DNA of 46,063 nt from NCBI GenBank assembly GCA_025923935.1, contig JAICFA010000001.1:1-46063 (forward strand), written 5' to 3'. The DNA comes from Candidatus Krumholzibacteriia bacterium. Its GTDB lineage: Bacteria; Krumholzibacteriota; Krumholzibacteriia; WVZY01; JAKEHA01. Shown in pieces: positions 9,399 to 18,510 of the stretch (its first letter is position 1; each line of letters starts with the position of its first letter). The position numbers and the translations under genes are program-made. Below the pieces are notes generated by a model that saw nothing but the letters and a program-made list of their open reading frames with translations, was not told the DNA's origin and did no database searches.

Positions 9399-9444
9399 AA
9401 ATCCTCGCTATATATAACCCGTCGGCGGCTCGCTGTCACGTGGG

Positions 9445-10692
9445 TCAATACTCGCCCCAACGGACCGCGCAGTTGAGCAATAGCCCCACCAGGAAGCAGC
9501 TGACCAGCATGGAGCTGCCGCCGTAGCTCACGAACGGCAGCGGAATTCCCGCCACCGGCGCAATCCCCGACGTCATCCCGATGTTGACGAACACCTGGAA
9601 CGCGAAGTACGCCGCAATGCCCACGCACAGCGTGGCGGCGAATTCGCTCTTTGTTTTCTGGGCGATCATGAGCGCGCGCGTGATCAAGATGGCGAACAGC
9701 ACCAGAACCGCGAAGGCCCCCACGAATCCGAGCTCTTCGCCCAGCACCGAAAAGATGAAGTCGGTGTGCTTGGCGGGCAGATATTCGAGCGCTTTCTGCG
9801 TGCCTTCCAGATAGCCCTTTCCGCCGAATCCGCCCGATCCGATAGCGATCTTCGACTGAATCACCTGCCAGCCCGCGCCGAGCTTGTCGGAGTCGGGGTC
9901 GAGGAAGTTGGTGACACGGCGCTGCTGGTACGGCTTCAGGTGTGCCCACAGCGCGGGCAGGAACAAACCGATGCCTACGTTGGCCACAACCAACGAGATG
10001 CTTTCGACCAGGAAGGCACGGCGCAGGTACGCCACGATCAGAATCAACACGATAAAGATGCCGAAGGGCCACGGATTGTGCGTCACGTTCTCGCCGTAGA
10101 TGATCAAGATACTGCTCACGATCGGCGAAAGCAGAAACAAGATGTGGAGCCCGCGGAAACCGCGCCAGAACAAGACCGGCAAGACGATGCCGGCAAACAC
10201 CATGGCGGTGCCGAGGTCGGGCTGCTTCAACACCAGCAGGAACGGCACGATGAACAAGATGAACACGGGAATTAGCGTGTGCAACTTGTTGGGGTCGGCG
10301 CGGTGCGTGGACAAGATTCGCGCCCACACCAAGATGACGGCTACTTTGGTGAACTCGCTCGGCTGGATGGCGAGAGGTCCCACGATGAACCAGCGCTGCG
10401 TTTCGCCGCGCGCCGGCAGCATCAAGACGACCACGAGCATGATGAGGCATACCGCGTAGGAGGCAAACGCGAGCGACTCGAACATGCGAAATGGGATCGC
10501 GAACGCGGTCAGCATGACCATGAGGCCCGCACCCAGCCAGATCAGCTGGCGCGCGAAGTGCGTGCCGTGCATCGCGACCGCGGACACCTCGCCCACCGAT
10601 TGCGAAACCGAGTACACCACCGCCAGGCCGATGGAGGAAAGACACGCCACGCACAACACGATCACCCAGTCGAAGTCGCGGCCGGTCCTCAC
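9445..10692 (-). CDS. rodA: SEDS-family peptidoglycan glycosyltransferase RodA
   Basis: FtsW/RodA/SpoVE topology, QPSEFTKV and GGSS motifs. Directly follows mrdA with a GTGA start/stop overlap. Confidence 0.92.
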   Translation of the reverse strand: MRTGRDFDWVIVLCVACLSSIGLAVVYSVSQSVGEVSAVAMHGTHFARQLIWLGAGLMVMLTAFAIPFRMFESLAFASYAVCLIMLVVVLMLPARGETQRWFIVGPLAIQPSEFTKVAVILVWARILSTHRADPNKLHTLIPVFILFIVPFLLVLKQPDLGTAMVFAGIVLPVLFWRGFRGLHILFLLSPIVSSILIIYGENVTHNPWPFGIFIVLILIVAYLRRAFLVESISLVVANVGIGLFLPALWAHLKPYQQRRVTNFLDPDSDKLGAGWQVIQSKIAIGSGGFGGKGYLEGTQKALEYLPAKHTDFIFSVLGEELGFVGAFAVLVLFAILITRALMIAQKTKSEFAATLCVGIAAYFAFQVFVNIGMTSGIAPVAGIPLPFVSYGGSSMLVSCFLVGLLLNCAVRWGEY

Positions 10693-12545
10693 GGCGTGCC
10701 TTTCTTCGCCGGCGCGGTCGACGCTGGGGTGTCGATCGTCACCGCGCTATCGACGGGCGCAGGAGGATGGAGACGGCTCGGGCGGAAGTATTCCGCCAAG
10801 AAGGCCTTGGCGATGGGCGCGGACACATCGCCGCCGTGTCCCGCGTTCTCGACAATGATGGCGAGTGCGATCTCGGGATGGTCGGCCGGCGCATACGCCG
10901 TATACCACGAGTGGTGGTCGCCGTGTGGATTCTGCGCCGTACCGGTCTTTCCCGCCACCGGCAGCCACGGAATGCGCGTCCAATACGCCGTGCCTTGCGG
11001 GTTCTCCACCACACCGCGCATGGCACGGCGCAGAAACTCGAGAATGTTGCCGTCGAGTCCTTCGATCTTGGTGCGCGGGTGCTCCGCCGGCGTACCGTTC
11101 ATGGGACCTTCGACGAAGTGCGGTGTCACCAGCCAACCGCCGTTGGCCACGGCCGCCGACATGCGCGCTACGTGCAGCACGGTGGCGAGATACTCCCCTT
11201 GCCCGATGGCATTGTTGAGCATGAGACCCTGCGTCCAGCGCCCCTTGCCCAACCGTTGGTCGTAGTACTTGCGCGTCGGCACGTTGCCCGACACTTCGAT
11301 GGGCAGATCGACGCCGGTCTTGCCGTCGTAGCCGAATTGGTGCGCGGCGTCGGCCAACACGTCCACGTCCAGCATTTCGGCGACGCGGTAGAAATACACG
11401 TCACAGCTGTTGATGATGGCCGACAGGAGGTTCATGCCGCCGTGCCCTTCTTCTTTCCAACACCGAAAGATGCGGTTACCGAAGCGGTGCGTGCCGTCGC
11501 AATACACCAAGATGCGGTTGGGATCGAGCACCTGGTTGGTGAGGATGGCGTGGGCCACGATGATCTTGAAGGTCGACGCCGGCGCGTATCTGGCTTGCGA
11601 GATGCGGTTGAACATCGGCTTGGATGGATCTTTGAGCAGGTCGACCACCAACGACGCGGACAAACCCATCGCGAAGGCATTGGGGTCGTACGCAGGGCGG
11701 CTCGACGCGGCGATGATGCCCCCGGTTTCGACGTCCAGTACCACCGCCGCGCACGGGTTGGGCCGCACCGCGAGCAGCGAATCGAGATACTGCTGCATGT
11801 CGAAGTCGAGCGCGAGGCGCAAGTCGCGCCCCGAGATGGGCGCGGTCGACAACTCCGAGATCTCCCCGAGCGCAGTACCGGAGGCGGTGACTTCGACCGC
11901 GCGCTGTCCCGGTGTACCGCGCAGCGAGTCTTCATAGACGCGCTCGAGCCCCGCCTTGCCCAAGAAGTCGCCCGCCACGTAGATCTCGTCGCCGGCGGAG
12001 GTGATCTCTTCGGTGGTCACTTCACCGACATAGCCGAACACATGCGCGGCCACCGACTGGGGATAGCGCCGCCGCAAGCGCGACTCTACGCGCAGCGTGG
12101 GAAATTCCTTCCAGTTTTCGCGCACGAAGGAGATGACGAACTTGTCGGCGTCGGGAAAGAGCGGAAAGGCCACCCGGCCGTAGCGCTTTTGCCACGCATC
12201 GAAGCGCGTCTTGGCACGGGTGGTATCGATGGGGATGAACGACGCCAGCTCGCGCACCGTCGCGATCGCCTCGTTGCGCGAGCGCCACTGCATCACCACT
12301 TCGAAGTGGAGCGCGTTGTCGACCATGATGACGTCGTGGCGGTCGCGCATGAAGCCGCGCGGACCGGGCAGGCGCTCGCGTTGGAGCTGGTTGTCGCGCG
12401 CGAACTGGGCGTACTGCTCGTGCTGGATGACCTGCATCGTGAAGAGGCGGACGAGGAGGACGACGAAGCCGACGGCGACGACGAATAGGAGCGTTCGGAT
12501 CCGCAGCGGTCCGTCGGCCAGGCTCCTACTGTCTCTCTTTGCCAA
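10689..12545 (-). CDS. mrdA: Penicillin-binding protein 2 (elongasome transpeptidase)
   Basis: N-terminal TM anchor, STFK (SxxK) and KTGTAQ motifs, PBP dimerisation domain. The only in-frame start before the TM anchor is TTG at 12543-12545; the start is uncertain. Confidence 0.9.
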   Translation of the reverse strand: MAKRDSRSLADGPLRIRTLLFVVAVGFVVLLVRLFTMQVIQHEQYAQFARDNQLQRERLPGPRGFMRDRHDVIMVDNALHFEVVMQWRSRNEAIATVRELASFIPIDTTRAKTRFDAWQKRYGRVAFPLFPDADKFVISFVRENWKEFPTLRVESRLRRRYPQSVAAHVFGYVGEVTTEEITSAGDEIYVAGDFLGKAGLERVYEDSLRGTPGQRAVEVTASGTALGEISELSTAPISGRDLRLALDFDMQQYLDSLLAVRPNPCAAVVLDVETGGIIAASSRPAYDPNAFAMGLSASLVVDLLKDPSKPMFNRISQARYAPASTFKIIVAHAILTNQVLDPNRILVYCDGTHRFGNRIFRCWKEEGHGGMNLLSAIINSCDVYFYRVAEMLDVDVLADAAHQFGYDGKTGVDLPIEVSGNVPTRKYYDQRLGKGRWTQGLMLNNAIGQGEYLATVLHVARMSAAVANGGWLVTPHFVEGPMNGTPAEHPRTKIEGLDGNILEFLRRAMRGVVENPQGTAYWTRIPWLPVAGKTGTAQNPHGDHHSWYTAYAPADHPEIALAIIVENAGHGGDVSAPIAKAFLAEYFRPSRLHPPAPVDSAVTIDTPASTAPAKKGTP

Positions 12546-13026
12546 GCTTGGTCACCACCTTCGCCCCCAGGAGCGCCAACAGCCGCTCCACCACGATTCC
12601 CGCCAGCGCCGTGTAGAGCGCGGACGGCAGCGCGTTGGTGAATATACCGACGAAGGCGCGATCCACGCGGGGCCACTGGTATACCAGCAAATAGACGATG
12701 TCGTGCCCGAGAGCCGCCAGAAAGATAACGAACACCAGCACCACTGTCCCGGGCGAAGCCGTGCTGCCCAGCCGCCCGCCCGCGTATCCCACCAGCGACT
12801 TGGTCAGGGCGTTGAGCCCCAGGTAGCCGGGATTGCCCAGGTCGACCAAGAAGCCGGCTAGGAAGCCGAACAGCGAGCCCACGATGGGGCCGCGCTGCAG
12901 TCCGAACAAGATCACGCACACGACGATGAAGTCGGGGGCGATGCCGCCGATCGCGATCTTGGACGCGACGGTGGATTGCAGTCCCAAGAAGACGACGACG
13001 GTGAGGAGCGGTACCAGGAATCTCAT
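12526..13026 (-). CDS. mreD: Rod shape-determining protein MreD
   Basis: 166-aa polytopic membrane protein between mreC and mrdA, with an ATGA overlap with the mreC stop. Confidence 0.85.
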   Translation of the reverse strand: MRFLVPLLTVVVFLGLQSTVASKIAIGGIAPDFIVVCVILFGLQRGPIVGSLFGFLAGFLVDLGNPGYLGLNALTKSLVGYAGGRLGSTASPGTVVLVFVIFLAALGHDIVYLLVYQWPRVDRAFVGIFTNALPSALYTALAGIVVERLLALLGAKVVTKLGKERQ

Positions 13027-13886
13027 CGCCGCTTCCTCTCGATCACGTCACGCATCAGAGAGGTGTCGGCTTCCTCGTAGAAGAGCGAGCGGTTCCACGG
13101 AATCTCGGCGGTCATGACGAAGACTTCTTCCAGCGCCATGAAGTCGACGGTGCTGCGCGCAGTCACCCGTAGCGAAAGTGCGTCGGGGCTGGAGGTGACG
13201 CGCTGCACGATGGCGACGGGAAACCCCTTGGGAATGGTGCCGCCGAATCCGCTCGTCAAGAGCGTGTCGCCCGTGGCGATGTCTTCCACCACGCCCACGT
13301 GCTTCAAGTCGAAGTTGTTGCGGTTGTTCCACTCCAGCACGCCGACTACCCGGGTGCGCTTGTCGATGCAGCTGACGGGGTGGTTCTTGCTCGCGAGCAG
13401 CTGCACCCACGCCGATTTTTCCTCGACGTGCGATATGGTTCCCACCAACCCCTCGAACGAGAACACCGGCATGCGCTCGGCGAGCCCGTCGACGGTGCCC
13501 TTGTCGATGACCAGGCTGGTTTGAATGCGGTCGAAGTCGCGGCCGATGACTTCTGCCGGAACCAGCTTCAGGGTTTGTTCTTCTTTGAACTCGGCCAGAC
13601 GGCGCAGTCGCTCGCGCTCGTCGCGAAATTGCAGCAAGCGGCCCCGCTCCAGCATGAGGGTCGCGATCATGCGGCGCAGGCGCTCGTTCTCGGCGCGCAC
13701 CGTGGAATAGTCGGAGATCAAATCGACCGTGCGCTGCGCGGGGCGCATGATGCGCGAGAGCAGGGAGCGCGCAAAGTCGAGCTGCCGCGTCTCGGGCAGG
13801 GACAGAAGCGCGAAGGAAGCGGTGATGAGGATAACGAGCACCGTGCGGTCGCGGTGCTTCTCGAAAACGGACTCGAGCAGCCGCAT
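13023..13886 (-). CDS. mreC: Rod shape-determining protein MreC
   Basis: N-terminal TM segment, coiled-coil (ENERLRRMIATL...), then beta-rich MreC domains (GLVGTISHV..., TSGFGGTIPKGFPVA). Confidence 0.92.
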   Translation of the reverse strand: MRLLESVFEKHRDRTVLVILITASFALLSLPETRQLDFARSLLSRIMRPAQRTVDLISDYSTVRAENERLRRMIATLMLERGRLLQFRDERERLRRLAEFKEEQTLKLVPAEVIGRDFDRIQTSLVIDKGTVDGLAERMPVFSFEGLVGTISHVEEKSAWVQLLASKNHPVSCIDKRTRVVGVLEWNNRNNFDLKHVGVVEDIATGDTLLTSGFGGTIPKGFPVAIVQRVTSSPDALSLRVTARSTVDFMALEEVFVMTAEIPWNRSLFYEEADTSLMRDVIERKRR

Positions 13887-13889
13887 ACG

Positions 13890-14930
13890 CTAGTCGCGCG
13901 AGCTGTGCATCAACACCCGATCGTACTCGTGGACGTTGTCGAGCACCTTGCCCGCGCCGAGCACGACGCACAGCAACGGATCGTCCACGACGTTGATCGG
14001 GAGACCCGTCTCCCGTTTCAAGAGTTGATCGAGCCCCTTGAGCATCGCACCCCCGCCGGTCATCACGATGCCGCGGTCGACGATGTCGGCCGCCAGCTCG
14101 GGCGGGGTTTGTTCCAGCGCATTCTTGAGCGCTTCTACGATCTGCGAGATGGGCTCGCTGATGGCCTCGCGAATCTCTTCGCTGGTGAGGCGCAGGTTCT
14201 TGGGAATGCCCGCCACGAGATCGCGTCCCTTGATTTCCATCTCGTACGGCTTGTCCATTTTGATGGCGCACCCGATCTTCATCTTGATCTGCTCCGCGGT
14301 TTGCTCGCCGATGAGCATGTTGTAGGTGCGCTTGACGTAGTTGACGATGGCTTCGTCGAGCTCGTCGCCCGCGACGCGAATCGAGCTGTCGGCCACGATG
14401 CCGTCGAGGGCGATGACGGCGATCTCGGTGGTGCCGCCGCCGATGTCGATGATCATGTTGCCGGAGGGCTTGTCCACCGGAAGTCCGACGCCGATGGCGG
14501 CCGCGATGGGCTCGGCGATCAGGAACACTTCGCGCGCACCGGCGTGCTCGGCCGAGTCGCGCACCGCGCGCTTCTCCACTTCCGTGATGCCGGAAGGAAC
14601 CGCGATCACGATGCGCGGGCGGATGAAGTGTTTCTTCTTCTGCGATTTGCGGATGAACTCGCGCAGCATCATCTCGGTGATCTCGAAGTCAGCGATGACA
14701 CCGTCCTTCATGGGGCGGATGGCGTTGATGTACTCGGGCGTCTTGCCGAGCATGGTCTTGGCCTCGAGGCCGACGGCGTACACCTTCTTGGTGCGCTGGT
14801 CGACGGCCACTACCGACGGCTCGTTCAACACGATGCCGTTGCCCTTGACGAACACCAGCGTGTTGGCGGTACCGAGGTCGATAGCGACGTCGTTGGTGAG
14901 ATAATTGGACAGCTTGGAGAACAGCGACAT
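13890..14930 (-). CDS. mreB: Actin-like rod shape-determining protein MreB
   Basis: [36 protein letters not shown]. Full length. Confidence 0.97.
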   Translation of the reverse strand: MSLFSKLSNYLTNDVAIDLGTANTLVFVKGNGIVLNEPSVVAVDQRTKKVYAVGLEAKTMLGKTPEYINAIRPMKDGVIADFEITEMMLREFIRKSQKKKHFIRPRIVIAVPSGITEVEKRAVRDSAEHAGAREVFLIAEPIAAAIGVGLPVDKPSGNMIIDIGGGTTEIAVIALDGIVADSSIRVAGDELDEAIVNYVKRTYNMLIGEQTAEQIKMKIGCAIKMDKPYEMEIKGRDLVAGIPKNLRLTSEEIREAISEPISQIVEALKNALEQTPPELAADIVDRGIVMTGGGAMLKGLDQLLKRETGLPINVVDDPLLCVVLGAGKVLDNVHEYDRVLMHSSRD

Positions 14931-14952
14931 TCGTTAAACTCCCGGGCTGCGA

Positions 14953-15645
14953 CTAGAAGTGCCCCGCTTCTTTCAAACTTTGAAACCGGTCGGCGCCGAT
15001 GACAATGTGGTCGAGCAGCTCGATGCCGATCAGCTCGCCGCACTTCGCGAAGCGGCGCGTGAACTCGACGTCTTCGCGGCTCGGAGTGGGATCGCCGGTC
15101 GGATGGTTGTGCACCAACACGATGGACGCCGCGCTGGCCGCGATGGCCGGCTTCAAGATCTCGCGCGGATGCACGATGGAGGCGTTGAGCGATCCGATCG
15201 AGACCGTGACGACCTTGATGATCTGGTTTTTCGTGTTCAGGAACGCCGCCTTGAAGTGTTCGCGATCGTAATCCTTCATCTCGTCCATGAACATGCGTGC
15301 AATGTCGCGCGGCGCGCGCACGGACGTCCCGGCGGATCGCGATTCTCTGGCGAAGCGCTTGCCCAGCTCGAACGCCGCCGTCAACTGACACGCGCGCGCG
15401 AACCCGATTCCCGGTACCCGTCGCATCTCGTCGACGCCGGCCCGACCCATGACCACGAGATCCCCGAATTCCCCAAGCAAACCTAGCGCCAGTACCAAGG
15501 CACTCTGCCCGCGCGTTCCGCCCCCGATGACGATGGCCAAGAGCTCTTGCAACGAAAGTTCTGCTGCGCCGCGCGTATACAGCCGCTCGCGTGGCCGATC
15601 GCTCGACGGAATCCCCTCCCGAATCTTCTTTCCCATCCCATCCAC
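14953..15645 (-). CDS. radC: RadC-family JAMM/MPN+ protein (UPF0758)
   Basis: N-terminal HhH-like region, C-terminal JAMM motif LVHNHPTGDPTPSREDV. Sits in the classic position upstream of mreB. Confidence 0.9.
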   Translation of the reverse strand: MDGMGKKIREGIPSSDRPRERLYTRGAAELSLQELLAIVIGGGTRGQSALVLALGLLGEFGDLVVMGRAGVDEMRRVPGIGFARACQLTAAFELGKRFARESRSAGTSVRAPRDIARMFMDEMKDYDREHFKAAFLNTKNQIIKVVTVSIGSLNASIVHPREILKPAIAASAASIVLVHNHPTGDPTPSREDVEFTRRFAKCGELIGIELLDHIVIGADRFQSLKEAGHF

Positions 15646-15748
15646 CTCCCGTTTGGCACCGCCGCGGCCGCGCGCAGGCTAACACCGGGTCGGATGCAAT
15701 GGCAAGAATATTACCGAGTTGGGCGTACGGGCGGCCAGCGACTGGCCT

Positions 15749-16966
15749 TCAGATGACCGCCGCCTGGAGCCGGCGGCCGTGCTCGGCGGCAAACTCTGCC
15801 CAGGTGTCTTCGGGGTAGCGGAGCGGGATGGCGAGGTAGCAGTCGCGAGCACGCGCCAGGTCGCCCCGCTTGGCGTGCAGGTTGGCGGCGCGCAGCAGCG
15901 CAAACGCGGCTTCGGAGTGGTGAGAATACGACGAGACAAAATCTTCGTAGGCGCGCAGAGCCGCGTCGGGCTTGAGATTTCTCTCCAGGCCGTAGCACAA
16001 GTCGAGGTGGCGCTCGGGCGAAAGTATGAATTGCGTAATGGAGCGCGTCGCTTCCAGATAGGCGCGCTCCGCGTCGCCGCGCCGGCCGGCCGCGAGGAAG
16101 CACTCGCAGGCACGCGCATAGCTCGCGTGCGCACCGGCGCGGTCGCCGTTTTGGGCGCGCGACCGTGCCAGCTCGAGGTGCGCGCTACCGTCGTGGGTGC
16201 GCGCCGCCGCGTAATGCTCGAGCTCGTCTTGCGCGCCATAGCCGTCGCCGCGGCGCTGGCAGCGCTTGGCGCGCAGCAAGTATCCCTCGATGCGACCCTT
16301 CTCCCATCCACCCATCGACAGCGCCACCACCACACCAAAGGCAAAGCCGGCCACGTGCGTGACGTAGGCAACGTTGGCGGCCGCACCTTCGAGCTGAACC
16401 AGGCCACGCACCACCTGGATCAGCACCCACATGCCAATCGCCGCCACCGCGTGCAACTCGGAGCGCCCCACTTTGTTCGTCGCCAGTAGCGGCGCGAACA
16501 CCCAGTACGCAACTCGCACGCGGTGATGCCGCATGCGCACCAAGAACGCACCCAGCACACCCGAAACACCGCCCGATGCGCCGATGATGCCGGCACTGGT
16601 GTGCAGCAAATGAATGTTGTACCAACCCTGCATGACGTTGCCCACCACCGCCGCGCCGAGAAACACCAGCGCCATGCCGTACGTTCCCAAGCGGTCTTCG
16701 AGATAGCGCCCGAAGAGCACCAGGTAGATGAGGTTGGTGACGATGTGCAAGTAGTCGAAGTGCAGAAACGCAGCGGCGATGGCTGGGCCGATGCCCGAGT
16801 AGCCGGGAAAATAGATGTACTGGCGGAAGTCGAGCGGAACAGATGCGCCGAAGAACTTGTTGAGAACGAACACCAGCACGCACAGCGCGGTACACGTGGC
16901 GGTGATGAGCGGCACGCGCCGCACGCGGGCGTCGATTCCGACCGGGAAGTAGTAGAAGAAGTACAT
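15749..16966 (-). CDS. Rhomboid-family intramembrane protease fused to a C-terminal TPR-like repeat domain
   Basis: GASGGVSG (Ser) and THVAGFAFG (His) in a six-TM core, then ~170 aa of Ala/Arg/Tyr-rich helical repeats (AHASYARACECFLAAGRRGDAERAYLEA..., AAFALLRAANLHAKRGDLARARDCY). ATG at 16964-16966 is preferred over the TTG at 16984. Confidence 0.8.
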   Translation of the reverse strand: MYFFYYFPVGIDARVRRVPLITATCTALCVLVFVLNKFFGASVPLDFRQYIYFPGYSGIGPAIAAAFLHFDYLHIVTNLIYLVLFGRYLEDRLGTYGMALVFLGAAVVGNVMQGWYNIHLLHTSAGIIGASGGVSGVLGAFLVRMRHHRVRVAYWVFAPLLATNKVGRSELHAVAAIGMWVLIQVVRGLVQLEGAAANVAYVTHVAGFAFGVVVALSMGGWEKGRIEGYLLRAKRCQRRGDGYGAQDELEHYAAARTHDGSAHLELARSRAQNGDRAGAHASYARACECFLAAGRRGDAERAYLEATRSITQFILSPERHLDLCYGLERNLKPDAALRAYEDFVSSYSHHSEAAFALLRAANLHAKRGDLARARDCYLAIPLRYPEDTWAEFAAEHGRRLQAAVI

Positions 16967-17129
16967 GCTGCAGCGGACCGGCAATTACCGCTTTCCGCGG
17001 GTCTACCGTGTGAGTCAGCAAGTACCACGCCCCGAACGCGGCGGGTGCCAAGGGAAGCATGAGGCCTCATGGGAAGCGCCCCGACACGCGCCGCATCGCG
17101 TTGCGCGCGATTTATCCCAGCGGCTCCCC

Positions 17130-17164
17130 AAAAAAACGCGGCCCCCTCGAGTGAGGGGGCCGCG
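17130..17164 (-). terminator. Strong rho-independent terminator after the outer-membrane barrel gene
   Basis: 12-bp GC stem CGCGGCCCCCTC/GAGGGGGCCGCG with a 4-nt loop, followed on the minus strand by T7. Starts 38 nt downstream of the stop. Confidence 0.9.
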
Positions 17165-17202
17165 CCACCAATCCCGATCAATCGGGAGAATCAGCCTACG
17201 AC

Positions 17203-18510
17203 TTAGTAGTTGTAGACCGCCGAGATGCGACCGACAGGTCCGTGACCGGAGCCATCGTCCCACGCATCGTCGTAACCGGTGAGCCAGAAGCCCAAGCCGA
17301 ACGGAGTTTCATGCGCCAGCTCGAGGTCGACCGTCCACTCGGCAAAGTTGAAACCGCAGCCGAGGAACCAGTCAAAGCCGTTGACGATCGGATAATCCCA
17401 CGGATGACCCGGCGTGACCTTGATCTCGTCGCCGTTGTTTGCCTCGGCCTTGAGCGAGCCGATGTACTTGGCGGCGCCGATACGGGTCGTCAACCACGAG
17501 GTGATGTCCGACTCGAGCGAGAGACGAATCGTCGGCAGGAAGTTCGCAGTGACTTCCTTGACGGCCGTCGCGGTCGTATCCGGATTCGCAAACTCGCTGC
17601 TGCGATTCATCCACTCGAGCGCGAACACGAGCATGTTGTCCTGGTTGACATCCATGTTGAGGCCCAAGCCGACCATGATGTCGGTGGTCTTCTGACCGTT
17701 GGGCTCGAGAATCGGATTCGCGGGCGTTTCGGTACGTGTCTGGCTGTATTCCGACGTCGCAAAGTCGAACACCGGAACCAGCGTGACGTTGTCCTTCCAG
17801 TCATAGAAGATGCGGGCGGCGATCTCGAAAGCCGTGCCGCTGTCCCACTCGAGCGACGAGCCCGGGCCGGCCAAGCCGGTGGTTTCGCCGCCGGCGTTGC
17901 CGAAGTTGAACAGAACGTCGAGAACCATGTTCTCGTTGTTCGTCCAAGTGGCACCTGCGCCGAACACGAGCCAGCTGTTATCCGACTCGAAATCGGTCGA
18001 GGTATCCTCGACGCTCCACTTCGACTGGGTAATGGAAACGCCCAGCGCGAACGACTCGCCGAGCTCCCACGCACCCGCGATGTCCCAGCGGTTGATCGGA
18101 GTTTCCTCGTACGGGAATTCCAGATCGCCCACGAACGGGAAGCCGATTTCCTGCGGCGCATGGTTCTGATAGAACGGATTGCCGATCCAGAAGCCCGGAT
18201 GGCTGAGCGAGGCCTCGTTCAAGGTAATGCGGTACGTGCCCCACTTTCCGTCCTCGCCGCACGTGTGATTCCAACCCAGTCCACGCGTGTCGGTCAGATC
18301 GGTGCCGGTCCAGTCGCCCATCTCGGCATTTACCTGATTGCCGAACGAGACGAGTGTGCTGTACCAACGGTAAACGGCGGAATCGTCACTGATGTAGTCG
18401 CCGACATTTGCCAACGACCGGACTCGGGACGTGGTCGCATTCGCAGCCATCGCACCGAGCATTAGAACTAGGACCGAAGCCAGAGCAATTTTGCTCCAGT
18501 TCTTCAACAT
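17203..18510 (-). CDS. Outer-membrane beta-barrel protein; family not recognised, possibly a distant PorV/FadL-like relative
   Basis: Signal peptide MLKNWSKIALASVLVLMLGAMAANA, alternating beta-strand pattern throughout, C-terminal ...GRISAVYNY aromatic terminus. ATG 18508-18510 lies 8 nt after GAGGAGG, and the gene has its own strong terminator. Confidence 0.75.
   Translation of the reverse strand: MLKNWSKIALASVLVLMLGAMAANATTSRVRSLANVGDYISDDSAVYRWYSTLVSFGNQVNAEMGDWTGTDLTDTRGLGWNHTCGEDGKWGTYRITLNEASLSHPGFWIGNPFYQNHAPQEIGFPFVGDLEFPYEETPINRWDIAGAWELGESFALGVSITQSKWSVEDTSTDFESDNSWLVFGAGATWTNNENMVLDVLFNFGNAGGETTGLAGPGSSLEWDSGTAFEIAARIFYDWKDNVTLVPVFDFATSEYSQTRTETPANPILEPNGQKTTDIMVGLGLNMDVNQDNMLVFALEWMNRSSEFANPDTTATAVKEVTANFLPTIRLSLESDITSWLTTRIGAAKYIGSLKAEANNGDEIKVTPGHPWDYPIVNGFDWFLGCGFNFAEWTVDLELAHETPFGLGFWLTGYDDAWDDGSGHGPVGRISAVYNY

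Noticed and set aside
10767-12488. 573-aa plus-strand ORF and many other 100-570-aa plus-strand ORFs (e.g. 13299-15002, 24857-26512, 35283-36770, 38582-39925).
   Set aside because: All lie antisense to genes with strong family signatures. Their compositions are dominated by R, G, A, D, H and V, and none has a credible start context.
15738-15752. GGCCAG-CGA-CTGGCC hairpin at the stop codon of the rhomboid-TPR gene.
   Set aside because: 6-bp stem, 3-nt loop and no U-tract. The next gene (radC) follows in the same orientation. Not enough for a terminator call.
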